NCBI RefSeq assembly: GCF_036588685.1
Contig: NC_086385.1
Location: 23,273,216 to 23,337,215, forward strand
Source: Mytilus trossulus
Taxonomy: Eukaryota
Length of the DNA stretch: 64,000 nt
Reading direction: 5' to 3'
Positions within the stretch are counted from its first letter, which is position 1. Every line of letters begins with the position of its first letter. Below, in pieces: positions 1 through 13,767 of the stretch. Under the pieces are notes generated by a model, which was given only the letters and a program-made list of their open reading frames with translations, was not told the origin of the DNA and did no database searches. The translations under genes were made by a program, and so were the position numbers.

Positions 1-1223
1 CTATTTTAAGCCATAGCGGCCATCTTGGTTGGATGGTCGGGTCACCGGACACAATTTTTAACTAGATAACCCAAAGATGATTGTGGCCAAGTTTGGATTA
101 ATTCGGTCCATTAGTTTCAGAGGAGAAGATCTTTGTAAAAGATTACTAAGATTTACGGAAAATGGTTTAAAATTGACTATAAAGGGCAATAACTCCTAAA
201 GGGATAAATTGACCATTTCGGTCATGTTAATTTATTTGTAAATCTGACTTTGCTGAACATTATTGCTGTATACAGTTTATCACTATCTATAATAATATTC
301 AAGATAATAACCAAAAACAGCAAAATTTCCTTAAAATAACCAATTCAGGTGCAGCAACCCAACAACAGGTTGTCTGATTCATCTGGAAATTTCAGGGTAG
401 ATAGATCTTGACCTGATATTCAATTTTACCCCTGTCAGATTTGCTCTTAATGCTGTGGGTTTTACTTATAAGCCAAACACTGCATTTTACCCCTATGTTC
501 TATTTTTAGCCGTGGCGGCCATCTTTGTTGGATGGTCGGGTCACCGGACACATTTTCAATCTAGATAACCCAAAAATGATTGTGGACAAGTTTGGATTAA
601 TTTGGCCCAGTAGTTTGAGAGGAGAAGATTTTTGTAAAAGATTACTAAGATTTACGGAAAATGGTTAAAAATTGAATATAAAGGGCAATAACTCCTTAAG
701 GGGTCAATTAACCATTTCGGTCATGTTGAGTTATTTGTAAATCTGACTTTGCTGAACAATATTGCTGTTTACAGTTTATCTTTATCTATAATAATATTCA
801 AGATAATAACCAAAAACAGTAATATTTCCTTAAAATTACCAATTCAGGGACAGCAACCCAACAACGGGTAATCAGATTCATCTGAAAATTTCAGGGCAGA
901 TAGATCTTGACCTGATAAACAATTTTATCCCGTCAGATTTGCCCTTAATGCCTTGGTTTTTGGGAAATAAGCCAAAACTGCATTCTATTTTTAGCCATGG
1001 CGGCCATCTTGGTTGGTTTGCCGAGTCACCGGACACATTTTTAAACTAGATACTCCAATGATGATTGTGGTTAAGTTTAGTTTAATATGGTGCCGTAGTT
1101 TCAAAGGAGAAGATTTTTGTAAAAGTTAACGACGACGGACGACGGACGACGGACGACGACTGACGACGGACGCAAATTGATGGGAAAAGCGCACTTGGCC
1201 CTTCGGGCCAGGTGAGCTAAAAA
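1..1223 (-). mobile_element. Helentron-associated non-autonomous element (HINE/DINE-1/pearl-like) with ~490-bp tandem core repeats, cut by the window start
   Basis: Unit 'ctatttt(t/a)agcc..gcggccatct' starts at 1, 500 and 985. GACG/GAC microsatellite at ~1130-1171. Terminal hairpin AGCGCACTTGGCCC-TTC-GGGCCAGGTGAGCT plus A-run at ~1188-1223, with the same end as the element at 48099-49499. Confidence 0.8.
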
Positions 1224-2744
1224 GGCTGATAATTTAATTTCACCTTCAGATACGTTGAAGAATTCAAACGTTTTTCAATCTATTCATAAAGTAAGAAACT
1301 CATTCATTAAGTAGATGTTGGGTCGGTGAAAATGTTCGCATTCGGTTCTAAATTTAATAGCGTATTTTGTCATTTGTAGGTTCAATAACACAAACTGGAA
1401 AAAAACAAACTCATATAAAAAAACAAGTCGAAAGTAATAGACTTTCATGCTCAATTAAAACTCAATTAAGAAGTTGATATCGAAATTGTTGTCAGCTGGT
1501 GGTTTTATTTATTCATTAGATATAGCATGTTTTGATTGTCATGTATATCCTGTTTAATGACAAAATGAAAGACATTGTTGTTAAAACTATGGTTATGGAA
1601 ATCATAACAGTACATTGTGTTAGATAATGCATACGTTAAAATATATACATACATGTAAGATGAGACGCAGCTCTTTAAATATCAAACAGGACATTTGCTT
1701 GTGAAAACTTGAAGTCAAACATAATTTTTAGCATTAGTTAACGATAGGTGGCCATTGAGTAATATCCGACCATACATCATTTATGAAGATATATATTTTT
1801 GTTAAACACAGTAACCATAGTGATTTATACATGTAAATAAAACACTTTTGAATCAACAATGATATAGGCAAACGAATACGTTCACTTGGTGGGATATTTC
1901 TACGTACAACTAGCGAGGTTTGTAGATTAAAATTTCTGTATTTCTCGAAAACAACAGGCAAAATAGTTTCGCTGCAAATTGTGTTTGGTTTACATGATTG
2001 ATGTTATATTTTAAATCGCATTTATCAAAATTTCATCTGAATTTAATTACGTTTTCTAAATTTGAATATCAATGGAGGTATTTATGCTGAAAAAATCGAC
2101 ATACATTGAAGTGCAAAGGTGCACTTGTTTGCGTAAGTTTGGTAGTGTCAGAACAGACATTTCTGATGGGAGCCCTTCTATTTTAATTGAATACATTTTT
2201 CATAATTACAAAAAGAAAATATAACAATTTTATAGACACTCCTAGTCAATAAGCTTAATTTATTACAAACATCACCATTATAGTTTTTACCCGTATCGTT
2301 GTTGCTTTTGTAAAAATACTAGTTTGTATTATTTCCGAAAGACTGAGAAATAATTAATCTTCATTTTGAGATAGGAAATTTACAGTTACACAGTTTTAAA
2401 CAAAACTAGGTTCATTAAGTCTGCATCTGAATAGACACGACGGTTTATATCAGTGAAAAACTTCCGAAATAGTTTATTAATTTCGAACACAATTCAAACA
2501 TTACTTACATACGTTTTGAAAAAAAAAATAACACTTGGTATTTATACGTGTAAACAAAATGTGAAACGAAAAAAACTTGTTTACCCGTTTAAGAGAAAAC
2601 ATATTAAAATGTTACAAATTTATGTAAATTAGCAAAAATTAAATATTCAATGAGTGTGGAATCCTTAGAATCCATACACAAAATGCATGACGTATCATTT
2701 GTGACAGCTAAAATAATCCAAAAATGTTTTAAGTATGCACTAAT

Positions 2745-3025
2745 AATCAAAGGTACCAGGCTTTTAATTTAAGACGCCATACGCACGTGTCGTTTACGTA
2801 AGACTCACCAACAACGCTCAGATCAAGATAGTAAGAAAGCCAAACAAGTTTAAAGTTTAAGAGCGTTGATGACGCAAACTTCCCAAAAAATTGTGCCATA
2901 TCGGCTACAGTAACATATTCTTGAAAAAGAACATCAATATTTTGAATAGTTAATACTTTTGCAAACAGTAAATTTATTAAAATGACCATAAAATTGATAT
3001 TTATGGCAACACCGAAGTTCTACAG
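2745..3025 (-). mobile_element. Decayed Penelope-like-element terminal fragment carrying a degenerate hammerhead ribozyme
   Basis: Similar to 37745-37855, 40550-40670 and 50860-51000 (caaaggtaccagg...agacgc..gtttcgtctac..aagactcaycagtgacgctc); the core is mutated. Confidence 0.6.
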
Positions 3026-5158
3026 TTCCCATAAGAATATTTGCATGTCCCGTTGAAAAAAGAGTTTTTTAATACTTATCTATGGTGTATCAACATAAAT
3101 TTTGTTAATTAAACAAAACTACCTTCATCATATCAAATAATAGACTTATCATAACTTTGTTAAAAGATCTACGAATTGGATACTTTTTTCCAGCTATATA
3201 TTATGGGGTGTTCTGATAATATTTTCCCTAAACAGCAACGATAACCCGCAATTCTTTTGATTAATCAAAGCTTTTCGTGTATGACTTTTTAAAGTTATAT
3301 ACACAATGAACCATGATAATGCAGGTATATATATGTTAGAAAACGTTAGGTGAATACCCTAATACACAAAGTTATGCATTCAGTAATTGTCTTCTCCTTT
3401 AAAGTTTGAAAGAATTAATATGTATTTATACAGATTAACAAATCTAAATTGATTTTAAATGTCTAACAATATGATTTATAAAAATATAATGTCATATCCT
3501 GTTGAAATTGAACTCAATTTTATACTGAACTATTGTTTATTACAAAAACTTGCTTACGTCTTTAAATGTATGTTTGAAAGCGTGAAACCAATAACAAACG
3601 GATTCATAACTTAAATGCTTTTGTTTACAATATAGTTTTACAAATAAAAATATTTTCTCTTCTATTCAGGTTATTTCAAAATAAACTGTCTAACCGACTT
3701 AAAAAATACAACCAGTACGTATTTTTGAATGGACAGAAATCGTGTACGATTTAAATAACGCTTAACAAAGTCTAGCCTAGATTTTTAAGTTTCGTTCGAC
3801 GATAGAAGATTAAGCACTGCCATGAAATTAGTTTAATATAAAAAAGAAGATGTGGTATGATTGTGAATGTGACAACTATCCACAAGAGACCGTATGTCAC
3901 AGAATTTAACAAATACAGTTCATATTAGATTAATTGTTGTCAATTTGCAAACATTATCTTGAAAAAAATTAAACAAATCTGTCGAAATTTAAAGGGCAAT
4001 ATTGGTTTTTTACTTGGACAATCATATCCTGTGTGCCTACATAATAAAATATGTGTTCAATGAGTAGTTCATTAAATGAGACTGAGTTATCCTTGATTTG
4101 ATATTATATAACATCACAAAACCATGAATTAACATACCAGTTGTGTAATTCGCCAATACATGTTTCTTCAGGGAGTCAAAAATTTAAAAAAAAATCAAAG
4201 TTTACCTATCATGATGACCTATAAAAAGTATAGCCATTTTTATGAAAGACATCAGAGCTTTGAATGGGTATACTTCTCTCTCAACTTATAAAATAATATC
4301 GAACTTTTGATAAGGAAAATTTGAATATCATAAAATTTATGTGTTCATGCCAATACAATAATAACAAACCACAAGTAGAGGTCTTAACGAAGTGTTAGAT
4401 ATAACATTTACGTAACCAATTTATTGACTTAGATGCGCAGAATTTTAAGAAGCCAGAATATTTGAAAATCAAACAATTTATTAAACAATGAAAATCCTAC
4501 AAGTAAAGCAAATGTTGGGCAAGTCTCCAGAGGGGGATATAATCCTTGAATTAAAATTAAAAACTTAATATCCGTATTTTTAATTCAAGTACAATAGTAT
4601 TGTATACCCTCGGGTATATGTAGCAGTTGTCGCGACTCGGTGGTAGTTATAACATGAGGATAAATATAACTATGAATGGTTTTTGATTTGTATGTTCTGT
4701 TCATTATATTTCTTCGCAACTATTGATACGTAGTAAATATATATTACCAGACTTCAGGTTAAGACAAAATAATTACATTGTTTTAATCGTTGTCTTTCAT
4801 ACATGTTTAATATCTGATTTCTTTTTGTCCACAATGGTATTCAAAAAGTTATATGATTTTTTTAAGGCTTCAATCTTTTTCAGTTTGTCGACACAAATCA
4901 ATTTATATAGAGCAAGAAACGAAAATCCTGAATTTTGTTTAGAGAAATTTAATTTGATTTGAAAACTCGCTCCTTTTTTCGAGACTGATATCCGTCTGAT
5001 ATACATGCATGTATTCTTAACATATTCGAGAGTATATTACATGATTCTCTTTTCAATGCATTCTTAAAAATGGCTTCATACAATTAAAATTCCAAAATTG
5101 TGTTTCATATTGTAGGACTGACGTGCTCTGGATTTTGCCTTGGACCCTTTGGTAAAAT

Positions 5159-5222
5159 ATGAAGCTGTCACAGATAATGTTGGACATGATGTCGGTGCTT
5201 TTCATAGTAACTGGTTTTTATT
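5159..5222 (+). CDS. YWTD beta-propeller gene, coding exon 1 (signal peptide MKLSQIMLDMMSVLFIVTGFY)
   Basis: Acceptor ttgtag at 5115, ATG at 5159, hydrophobic stretch, phase-1 donor T|gtaagt at 5223 matching the next exon. Confidence 0.6.
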
Positions 5223-6124
5223 GTAAGTAATACTCAATAATGTATATGCTATTTTCCCATGATCTCTTTACTCTTATTTCTCATCCTTATCATTATCATC
5301 GGCATCGTCCTTAATATTGTTATTCTATTAAGATGCTCTGAACTTAAAATCATGATAACCATGTCTGAAACATTTGCAAATATACAGTTGAATTTTGATT
5401 CTATGAATGTATGAACAGTCTGTAAGGTCGAGAATTTAGTTTTGATAAATATTACACAATTTATTTAGGGGCCAGCTGAGGACAACCACCGGGTGCGGGA
5501 TTTTCTCGCTGCGTTGAAGACCCATTGGTGGACTTCGGTTGTTGTCTGCTCTTTATAAAGGTTGTTGTATCTATGACATAATCCTTAATTCCATTCTCAA
5601 TTTTGTTGACTAAGTGTTACCCTGACTTTTATTTGACAGACACAAACATTTGAACGTAAAAATTTCAATGAAATCGAAGCCATACTTGACATTTATCTGA
5701 ATTTTTTCATTTTTTTTAATTCAACGCTGACAATTTAAAAAAATACAACTACTAAATGATGTTTATCAACGAATATTGAATAAATACGTCCTTCTGATAC
5801 CGTCAAGTTACAACACTTATCCATGCACCACGACGATGCTTTGTAAAAAGATAATCAGTGTTGTACGTATTAGTTTATATAATAAGCGTTTGATGAGCCT
5901 TCCAATCTCTTTTTTTTTGGAACCTCTTCCTGAAGCTGTATGTGCATATTCTGGTTTATTTGTCTTGCTTCTTTGACATGAATAACAAGATACAGAAAGT
6001 CATGGCACTGTCCAGGGTTATATGTACACAGTCGTCGTAACACCTTATCTATATGAATGTGAACTGATAGACAATTGTAAATAGCGTTGTCAGTTATTAA
6101 ATCATCATTTAATTCCCTCTAAGG

Positions 6125-6327
6125 CTTTCTACCTCAGGCATAGATTACCATAGCTGTATTTGTCAAAGCTTTTAGGAATTTTGGTCCTCAATGCTCTTCA
6201 ACTTCGTACTTTATTTAGCCTTTTTAACTTTTTTGGATTCGAGCGTCACTGATTAGTCTTTTGTAGACGAAACGCGCGTCTGGAGTATATATAAAATTTA
6301 GTCCTGGTATCTATGAGGAGTTTATTA
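6125..6327 (+). mobile_element. Penelope-like-element 3' fragment with hammerhead ribozyme (core mutated to CTGATTA)
   Basis: Near-identical to 37098-37300; HHR motif at 6241-6286. Confidence 0.7.
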
Positions 6328-6690
6328 ATGAGGTCATTCTTCTGTGTTTATCATGTTTATTGTGGAAGTGTATTTACAGGCAAAAATTGGATTTTTAAAA
6401 ATAAATCTATTTCCACTGTACATTTTTCAAATCCTTTATGAAAAAAAATATATATCGAGTACCGTCCGGAACATTGCTGATTCAAACTGGCGCAATTATA
6501 GATTTTGTTTGTAATTCCCAAAAATTTCCCGGTTGTGTCCGTTGAAATTGGTATACTTTCAATATTTACATTGCTAGATAGCTTCTGTCAAGTCCTCTTT
6601 CTAAAAGATAAAGGTCTATTTTCTTGTATTTACTACATAATTTGGTATTTGCTTTGAAAATATCAGCATGAAGTGAAATGTTCATTGCAG

Positions 6691-6865
6691 GTTTTGAAGA
6701 AAAGCTGTTATTTTCGACTTCTTCGGGGAAAATAAAAGAATTGAACATAATAAAAGGGGAAGTGAAAGTACTTGGTAATGCAGAAAGTGAAGTATTTGTA
6801 CTTGCATACGATAATGAAGACAAATATGTGTATGTTCCAAGACAGACCCAGGAGCAAATAATAAG
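6691..6865 (+). CDS. YWTD beta-propeller gene, coding exon 2 (FEEKLLFSTSSGKIKELN...LAYDNEDKYVYVPRQTQEQIIR)
   Basis: ttgcag| acceptor and AG|gtatt donor; phases 1 and 2 agree with the neighbours; LAYD...YVY blade motif. Confidence 0.8.
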
Positions 6866-7808
6866 GTATTGTCATTAAATCTATCAATTTGTAATTAATC
6901 AAATATAAGCAAGTTATTGTCAATAGATCGTATAACGAGGTGATTAATTGTTATTTTTGTTTGGAAACACATCCAGGCAGTCACGACGGCATGTTCCTTT
7001 CATCCACGTTATGAAGTAAGTTCAAATTAGGAGACCGGAAATGCAGATACTATTTTTATGAAAGAAAAGTTAAGAAAATCATGCCTTATAGTATATATAA
7101 TTATTTGATTGGCTAATACAGAAATCATTTGTCATAGTTTAATTTTGATGTTTTTTCCTAAAATTGGCAGAAGCGATGAATAACCGTAAAAAAAGAAGCA
7201 TCCATCGAACCGATGAATTACCCTTGTCGTACTCAATGACTCCCTTAAAAAATATGACGTCACCTAACGCCAGTAAAACAAAAACAAATATGACAACGGC
7301 CAGGTGAGAAGTCCATCAAGTGATGAAGAAGCTGACTATAATGAATGGCCTTTGCTCATTGTTGAGGGACGTACGGTGACCTATAGTTGTTAATTTCTGT
7401 GTCATTTTGGTCATTGGCAATCATACCACATCTTCTTTTTTTATACATACAAGACTTGGAAATTCATCTATAATGTCGACGATATCTCTTGTAAACGGCT
7501 CTTTTCAGGGCCATATATATTTCATAGAAAGAATCTACCTTTGTTGTCCTTTTACATTCGCGAAAAGTCAATAGACAGAAAATAATTTTCTCAGGTAAGT
7601 GTTTTTGATAGTAATATGTTTGTTCGGTATAATAAAACAATTATGCCCCCGTGAAAAAAATCCTTACTCGAAATATCAATATTAAATATTCACTTCCTCA
7701 GCGGGCCATTCTTGTATTTTATATAAGTCACTTTCTTCTCACAATGGAAAATGTGATTTATATGTGTTGGTGTTTGCTTCTAAAGCAAAGTATTTTTACT
7801 TGATTCAG

Positions 7809-8024
7809 ATTCCCTTATCCAAGCAATCAGACCACTGAGTTTGAAATTGTTGTCTCGGAAATTATTCCAGGCGGGATCGCATTTGACTCCGAACATAGAT
7901 ATCTATACTGGACTGAACCTATGGAAAGAAAGATAATGAGAAGTAATACAAATGGATCAAATATAACCAGAATTTTCAATGACACAGTCGAACCTGCTGC
8001 ACTTACCATTGACAAAGAGAATAG
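7809..8024 (+). CDS. YWTD beta-propeller gene, coding exon 3 (FPYPSNQ...PGGIAFDSEHRYLYWTE...RSNTNGSN...PAALTIDKENR)
   Basis: Canonical LDLR class B repeat (P-x-G-I-A-x-D-x4-YLYWTE; I-x-R-x3-NGS); ttcag| and AG|gttggt; phase 2-2. Confidence 0.9.
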
Positions 8025-9139
8025 GTTGGTAACTTTTCTAATTTTTTGATACAATAAAATGATCATATTGTAATACATAACTGCATAGCACGTTTTAGTA
8101 AACTAAAGTATTTCCTTACCAAAGGCTATCCGCGCGTATTGATATAACTTAAGATCGTTGACCAGATTTTCAGAAAATTTAGTTATTCGTTAATTTGTCT
8201 TATACGTAAACATGCTTTGAGACCTGTTGGTGACCTTCTGCTGTTGTTTTTTTATTTGGTCGGGTTGTTGTCTCTTTGACAAATTACCTATTTCCATTCT
8301 CAATTTTATTTAACATCATGTTATGATAACCGAGTACCAACTGTTATTTTGTATTCTAAAAACAACAGTTTGAGTGTTTCTCTAGTTTTTTTTAATAATA
8401 CGTCAGGAACTACAGGCGTAAAAACGAAAATCTGCAAATAATCAAACTGTATATATATGATCCGTATTGTCATGAAAATGCGATTACCCTCAACAGCGCT
8501 TAAGACCGAGAGGTCACGGTGTTTTGTCAAAGAGGATCAAATATCATCCCCAACCTAAGACAGATCGGGAACATTTTTGTCAGGTAGTGATATATACCTT
8601 ATTAAATCCTATTGCAGGAATTGTAGAAAAAGAAACCAATTTGAAGTACTCTCAACGACTTGTGTGTTCGTATCGGCTGACAGTGTCTGCTAACAGTCAA
8701 TAAAGAACCATCTGAATTCAAGTTAATTGTTAAATTTTACAACACTTACCGTTACATTAATGATATTTTCCAAAATTCTACAAAAGACTACCAAAATTTA
8801 CCAAAAGGTACTGATATTAAATTAAATCAAATATATGTATAAACTATAATAACTAACTGTCCTTTCCTAGATTTCGATTTTGTTCCTTTACCAATGAGAC
8901 ACAACATAAAACTTTAAGACAAAAGACCGTTTATCGGCTTCCTACTGTTAATTTTATTTCTATTGTGGACAGTGTCTATATTATCTAAATATATTCATCT
9001 GTCTGTAGTGAATTTGTTTTAATTGCAATGAACGCAGACTATCTATTACTGGTAATAATTAAGTCAATGATTTTGCCATCATACTTTTACTTTAAACCTT
9101 TAGTATAAACGTGAGAAGATGTTGTAATATACGATAACT

Positions 9140-10710
9140 CATCTGCATGTTCTACTAAAGAATTGTCCATTAAATTGACTAAAATTTTGTCCGCAGTTTA
9201 AGAGGGTCTTCATATATACTGTGAAACTATTTACTCGCGCAGTGGTATTAACCATATGTGGATTCTTAAAAACTCTTAAGAACTTTTTTAAAAATTTTAA
9301 TCTCTGTCTTTTTCTGAAGTTAGTTCTATCAAAACTTTAGATTTTTCAACCTTGTATACAACCATTACCCATGTGAAATTTAAAAACCGTCTAAAAGAAA
9401 TAATCCACAAAATGCTTTCCATCATAAACATGGTAGCATACGCTATAACTTTATCACTTTGGAATACCATAAGGCATATTTCGTTAATAAGGAACAAAAG
9501 GGTAAAACACATTACACAGAGGAACAAGTGATCAGTACATTTGTATGCCGGAGTTTCTTATTGGCAACATATTTGTTGAATTTTGAGGTAGACTTTTTCA
9601 ACAAATTGTCGGCATTCCTATGAGAACGAACTGTGCGCCTCTCCTTGCCGACTTCTTCTTTTTTTCATATGAATCGGAGTTCCTTCAGACACTTGTCAAA
9701 ATCAAGAAGAAATAAGAAGCCAGGTTATTTAATTTCACTTTCAGATATACTAATGATGTTCTTTCCATTAACAATCCGAACTTTTCTGATTGGGTTCCAT
9801 TAATATATATACCCACCAGAACTAGAAATTAAAGAGATAACAGACACGGCTTCATCCGCCTCATTTTTAGACTTATACCTCGAATTTGACATACACAGTC
9901 ATCTCAGTACCAGAATCTATGACAAACGAGACGATTTTAATTCTGAAAATTATCAATTTCCCCCACCTTAGTAGTAATATACCAACGTCACCTGCATTTA
10001 AAATATACATTACCCAACTTATTCGGTACTCAAGAGCTTGCAGCTCCTATTCAGACTTGTAAAACGTCACCAGTGTCTGAGCAGAAAGTTGATGAATCAG
10101 GTGTACGTAAAAAAACGTCCCGTCATTTTTCTACAAAAGTTCATTAGAAGGTACTAAGAACTTGTTGATAAATATTTCGTATCAACTTCACAAATAATAC
10201 AAGATGGTCTTGAAGTATATATTTTGCGTACTGACGTTGGTTATCATCTTAAAAACGTGTTATAGTTTTCTTTTATTTGTCTTTATTAATATTACTTTGA
10301 CTGTTAAGTCAGTTCTTTAAGATAGTCATTTGATGTGACTCTGTGCTTATGTAAAACATCATACTTTGAACGACAAAACTATTTCAGTTATTGATATTAC
10401 TTTTACTTATGGATCTTGTCATACTTTGAATGACAAAACTATTTTTGACATTTTTACTCTTTATGTATCACTCATCGTTGACAATGTAATGGAATTTGAT
10501 GCGACTGTCATATAAGTGAGAGGTTTAGCTAACTATTAAACCAGGCTCAATCCACCATTTTCTACATTAGAAAATGCTTGTACCAAGTCAGGAATATGAC
10601 AGTTGTTATCCATTCGTTTGATGTGTTGGGACTTTTGATTTTGCCTTTTGATTTTGGACCTCCTTTTTGAATTTTCCTCGGAGTTCAGTATTTTTGTGTT
10701 TTTACTTTTC
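9140..10710 (+). mobile_element. Decayed Penelope-like retroelement: reverse transcriptase remnant plus 3' tail, in intron 3 of the YWTD gene
   Basis: Frameshifted translations SSACSTKELS, SGINHMWILKNS, DFSTLYTTI, FQQIVGIPMRTNCAPLLADFF, FRYTNDVLSINNPNF (YIDD site), SFLDLYL, IYDKRDDFN. Tail 10480-10710 ends gagttcagtatttttgtgtttttacttt. Confidence 0.85.
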
Positions 10711-10920
10711 ATCACTAGAGACCAACTCACATAGGAGTGAAAAACTATAAGTTATCGTACGACCTTCAATGATTGACAAAACCCAAACCGCATAATCAGC
10801 TGTCAACGACCTGGAAATGAGTAGATACCTGTTAGTAAGTTTTGAACAAATAATCCTAAATGAAGCATCCTGGCTGAAATTAACATTCGAATTTATTTCT
10901 ATTTCTAAATACAATTTCAG

Positions 10921-11036
10921 ATGGATGTATTTTGGTCAAGGCATTCCCAACGGAACAATACACAAATTGTCACTGGACGATGAGGGACACCATATCATAA
11001 ATGACCTGGCATCGTGGGTGTTCGGTATATATGCAG
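10921..11036 (+). CDS. YWTD beta-propeller gene, coding exon 4 (WMYFGQGIPNGTIHKLSLDDEG...WVFGIYA)
   Basis: tttcag| and G|gtatga; phase 2 to 1; continues the DKENR-WMYF blade. Confidence 0.85.
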
Positions 11037-11790
11037 GTATGACATCTGCATTTAATGAAAAAGGAAAGATTGTAGGGGTCGTGCAGTATCATTGAAATGT
11101 TCGAAATAAAGTAACATTTACATGATAATTGCAATTTGAAAAAAAAATTGATACATTAAGTGATTAAATGACTAAGTAAGCTAAAATATTGAACGCATTA
11201 TATGTTTATCTTTTTTTTTATTTTCAAACTCTCAGCTTCATACATTTTAGGTCATGTTTTCGAATGAAACAAACCTGTGAACACCAATTTGATGCAAGTG
11301 TCCAATTTATTGAATTAAATTGTTGACACGGATTGATGATTGTAAATCCAAGAAGTGCTATGGTATCCTGAATTACTAGTATATCGCGTAACTTTAATTG
11401 TTTTTAGTCCGGCTTGCATTGACGCCTTAGCTTTGGATTGCTTGCCCCGGAAGTTGTATAATTCATGGATGTTTCAGTGAACATTTTAAGAAAATACGCT
11501 TTCATCTTTCTCAGGCTGAGTTAATGATTATGCTCATTTTTCTTTGTTATTTCCTTTAAGCGTTTAAAAATTCCTTTTGTTAATATCAAGTTTCAATCAG
11601 ACTAAAAGGGGTCATTAAAAAAATGCGTCCTAGAAGCACATACCTTTTTTTTTTAGTTCAAAGACTTTACATATTTTATTAGTGTTCTAGGTAAGATGTG
11701 ATGTTACATCTTAGTTCACGTGTTTGACAGTATGGACATGATGTGAGTTCATAGCAACCTGCTATATTGGCTTTACAACTATTATGACAT

Positions 11791-11836
11791 GAGCGTCACT
11801 GATGAGTCTTACGTAGACGAAACGCGCGTCTTGCGT
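11791..11836 (+). ncRNA. Minimal type I hammerhead ribozyme (Penelope-like-element type), intact core
   Basis: gcgtca-CTGATGA-gtct(tacgt)agac-GAAAC-gcgc-GTC-ttgcgt; palindromic stem III ACGCGCGT; one mismatch in stem I. Confidence 0.75.
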
Positions 11837-12137
11837 ACTCAATTATAATCTTGGTACTTTTTATATTATCTATTCAAAGTAATTAAACTCTGTTGTTTTG
11901 CCATATTTGTGCAGCTGGTATCCATCTGGGTAATGCGTAATGTTTCAAACCCATCATCAAATCATTATCGCATTAATATCAAGAATAGTTATGGATGGTT
12001 TACCTAACAAGATCATTCAAACTGACAATAAAACAAATACATTTAATTCAGTGTTATGTATGTAAGTCGATTGATAAAACATAAATAACTTTTTTTATGT
12101 CAAGTACCTGTAACATAGATTTTTCTGTTGATTTAAG

Positions 12138-12392
12138 ATGATACCCGACTTTACTGGATGGACAATTTCATGGGAGATTTGAAATCGGCTTTGTTTGATG
12201 GTACTGATATTCAAACGATAGTTAGCACTAATACATTCAAGCTTAACGGGGAAGTCGATGTCAAGGATGACTTCATTTTCTACACAAGCAGTACACAAAT
12301 TTTAAAAATAAACAAAAATGGTGGAGAAGTTCCTATTGCTTTGCACACAGATACAGAAAGGGTTCATGGACTTTTGTTGTTTAAGCAAGAAG
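12138..12392 (+). CDS. YWTD beta-propeller gene, coding exon 5 (DTRLYWMDNFMGDLKSALFDGTD...HGLLLFKQE)
   Basis: RLYWMD and DFIFY blades; donor G|gtaaac at 12393. In frame only from the AG at 12136-12137; the upstream AG at 12117-12118 runs into a TGA. Confidence 0.8.
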
Positions 12393-13767
12393 GTAAACGA
12401 TATAAATAATTTTAATATAAAAATGAATTTTGTCATACAATTACATAAAATCAAAATATGATTATGGTACCAATAGGGCATGTCTGTGAAAATTCATGCT
12501 AACATTTAACGTTTAACTTAGAATTAATGGTGACCTTTTTCAATCAGCTTCTCATTTAAAGCTTTTAAAAAATACTTTTTCTATGATGACTATGTTTTTT
12601 TTATTTTTTTTACTATAAATGCTATTATTTGTATATCAACATTGCACATGTTACATATTCTAATATTTATTATTGTTTTGCTTTATAATAATTATAGACG
12701 CACTGGCAAAATATTAAAACAAACACAATATTTAATGGTTGCTATTTGTTTAATGATTTTATATTGTATTTTTGTGTTTCACTTGTGAATTATATGAATT
12801 TAACCTGGAATGGTATTCTGATCTCTCAAATATACTGGTAATTGCATATACTCTTTTCTTTAAATGTGTATTAATTGGTAATCCGATGCTAAATATAGCA
12901 TGCTAATTAATCCTGTTAATGTACATTTAACTGTTGCTTTCATGCATTTCTTGTGTCTCACATATTGTGTAACTAGCTATATAGGTGATGTTAATGTGGC
13001 GATAGATTTTTGTACGTTTCATATTGTATGTTTTTATGAAGTGATTTTTTTTCAAAATTGTGTTTTAAGTCAAATTAATGAAACCTAGAAAAACATGAAA
13101 CTGTTCGAATCTTTAAAAATATAAATGTATTTTAACAACTTATAAGGACATGTCTCTATTTAATTTTAATAACAAGTTGAAAATTTTTCGTAAATATATT
13201 TGTTTTTTATCTGTTATATTTTGTTTTATAATTATTTTTATCATACTTACAGGGACTTCCAATGAATTAGACATTATCAAAGTGGTAACCATTTGATATC
13301 TACACGAAACTAACGAGAAAAAAACATGCGTGACAAACGTTATGAAGACGATTAAATTATATTACGTTATTATCTTAATGTATGAATTTTAGTGTATGTT
13401 CATTCAGTAAAGAATATTATGAAACATATGAAAGAAATCCTTGCAGATTACCAAAATAGAATATAAAGAACATTAATTGAAACGGTACATTTAAAAGCAA
13501 AGGACATTGTATTTGAAACTTAATAACCTTATGCAAACGCAAGGACCAAAAAGAAGTCAATGAATATATGTTTCAATAGATTTTCATTTTAAGATATATA
13601 TTATTTTTAAAAGGATAAATGACTTTTTCTCTATTTCTATTGATTTGCATTTCTTAAGGATACTTTCTAGGGAAATCATTTCAGGAAAGTAAGGTGACTT
13701 TGATTTAGTTTTCTTGTGCAATTATTTGTATTTGTTTGCCTTTGTTTTGTTTGTTTTGTTTTTGCAG

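Noticed and set aside
6566-8078. Minus-strand ORFs 6566-6823, 6708-6923 and 7827-8078 (also 12095-12298, 40723-40959, 42041-42265)
   Set aside because: Antisense shadows of real exons.
12139-12141. TGA after DFSVDLR as possible selenocysteine
   Set aside because: Read-through would still be out of frame with RLYWMD, and it is not a Cys position.
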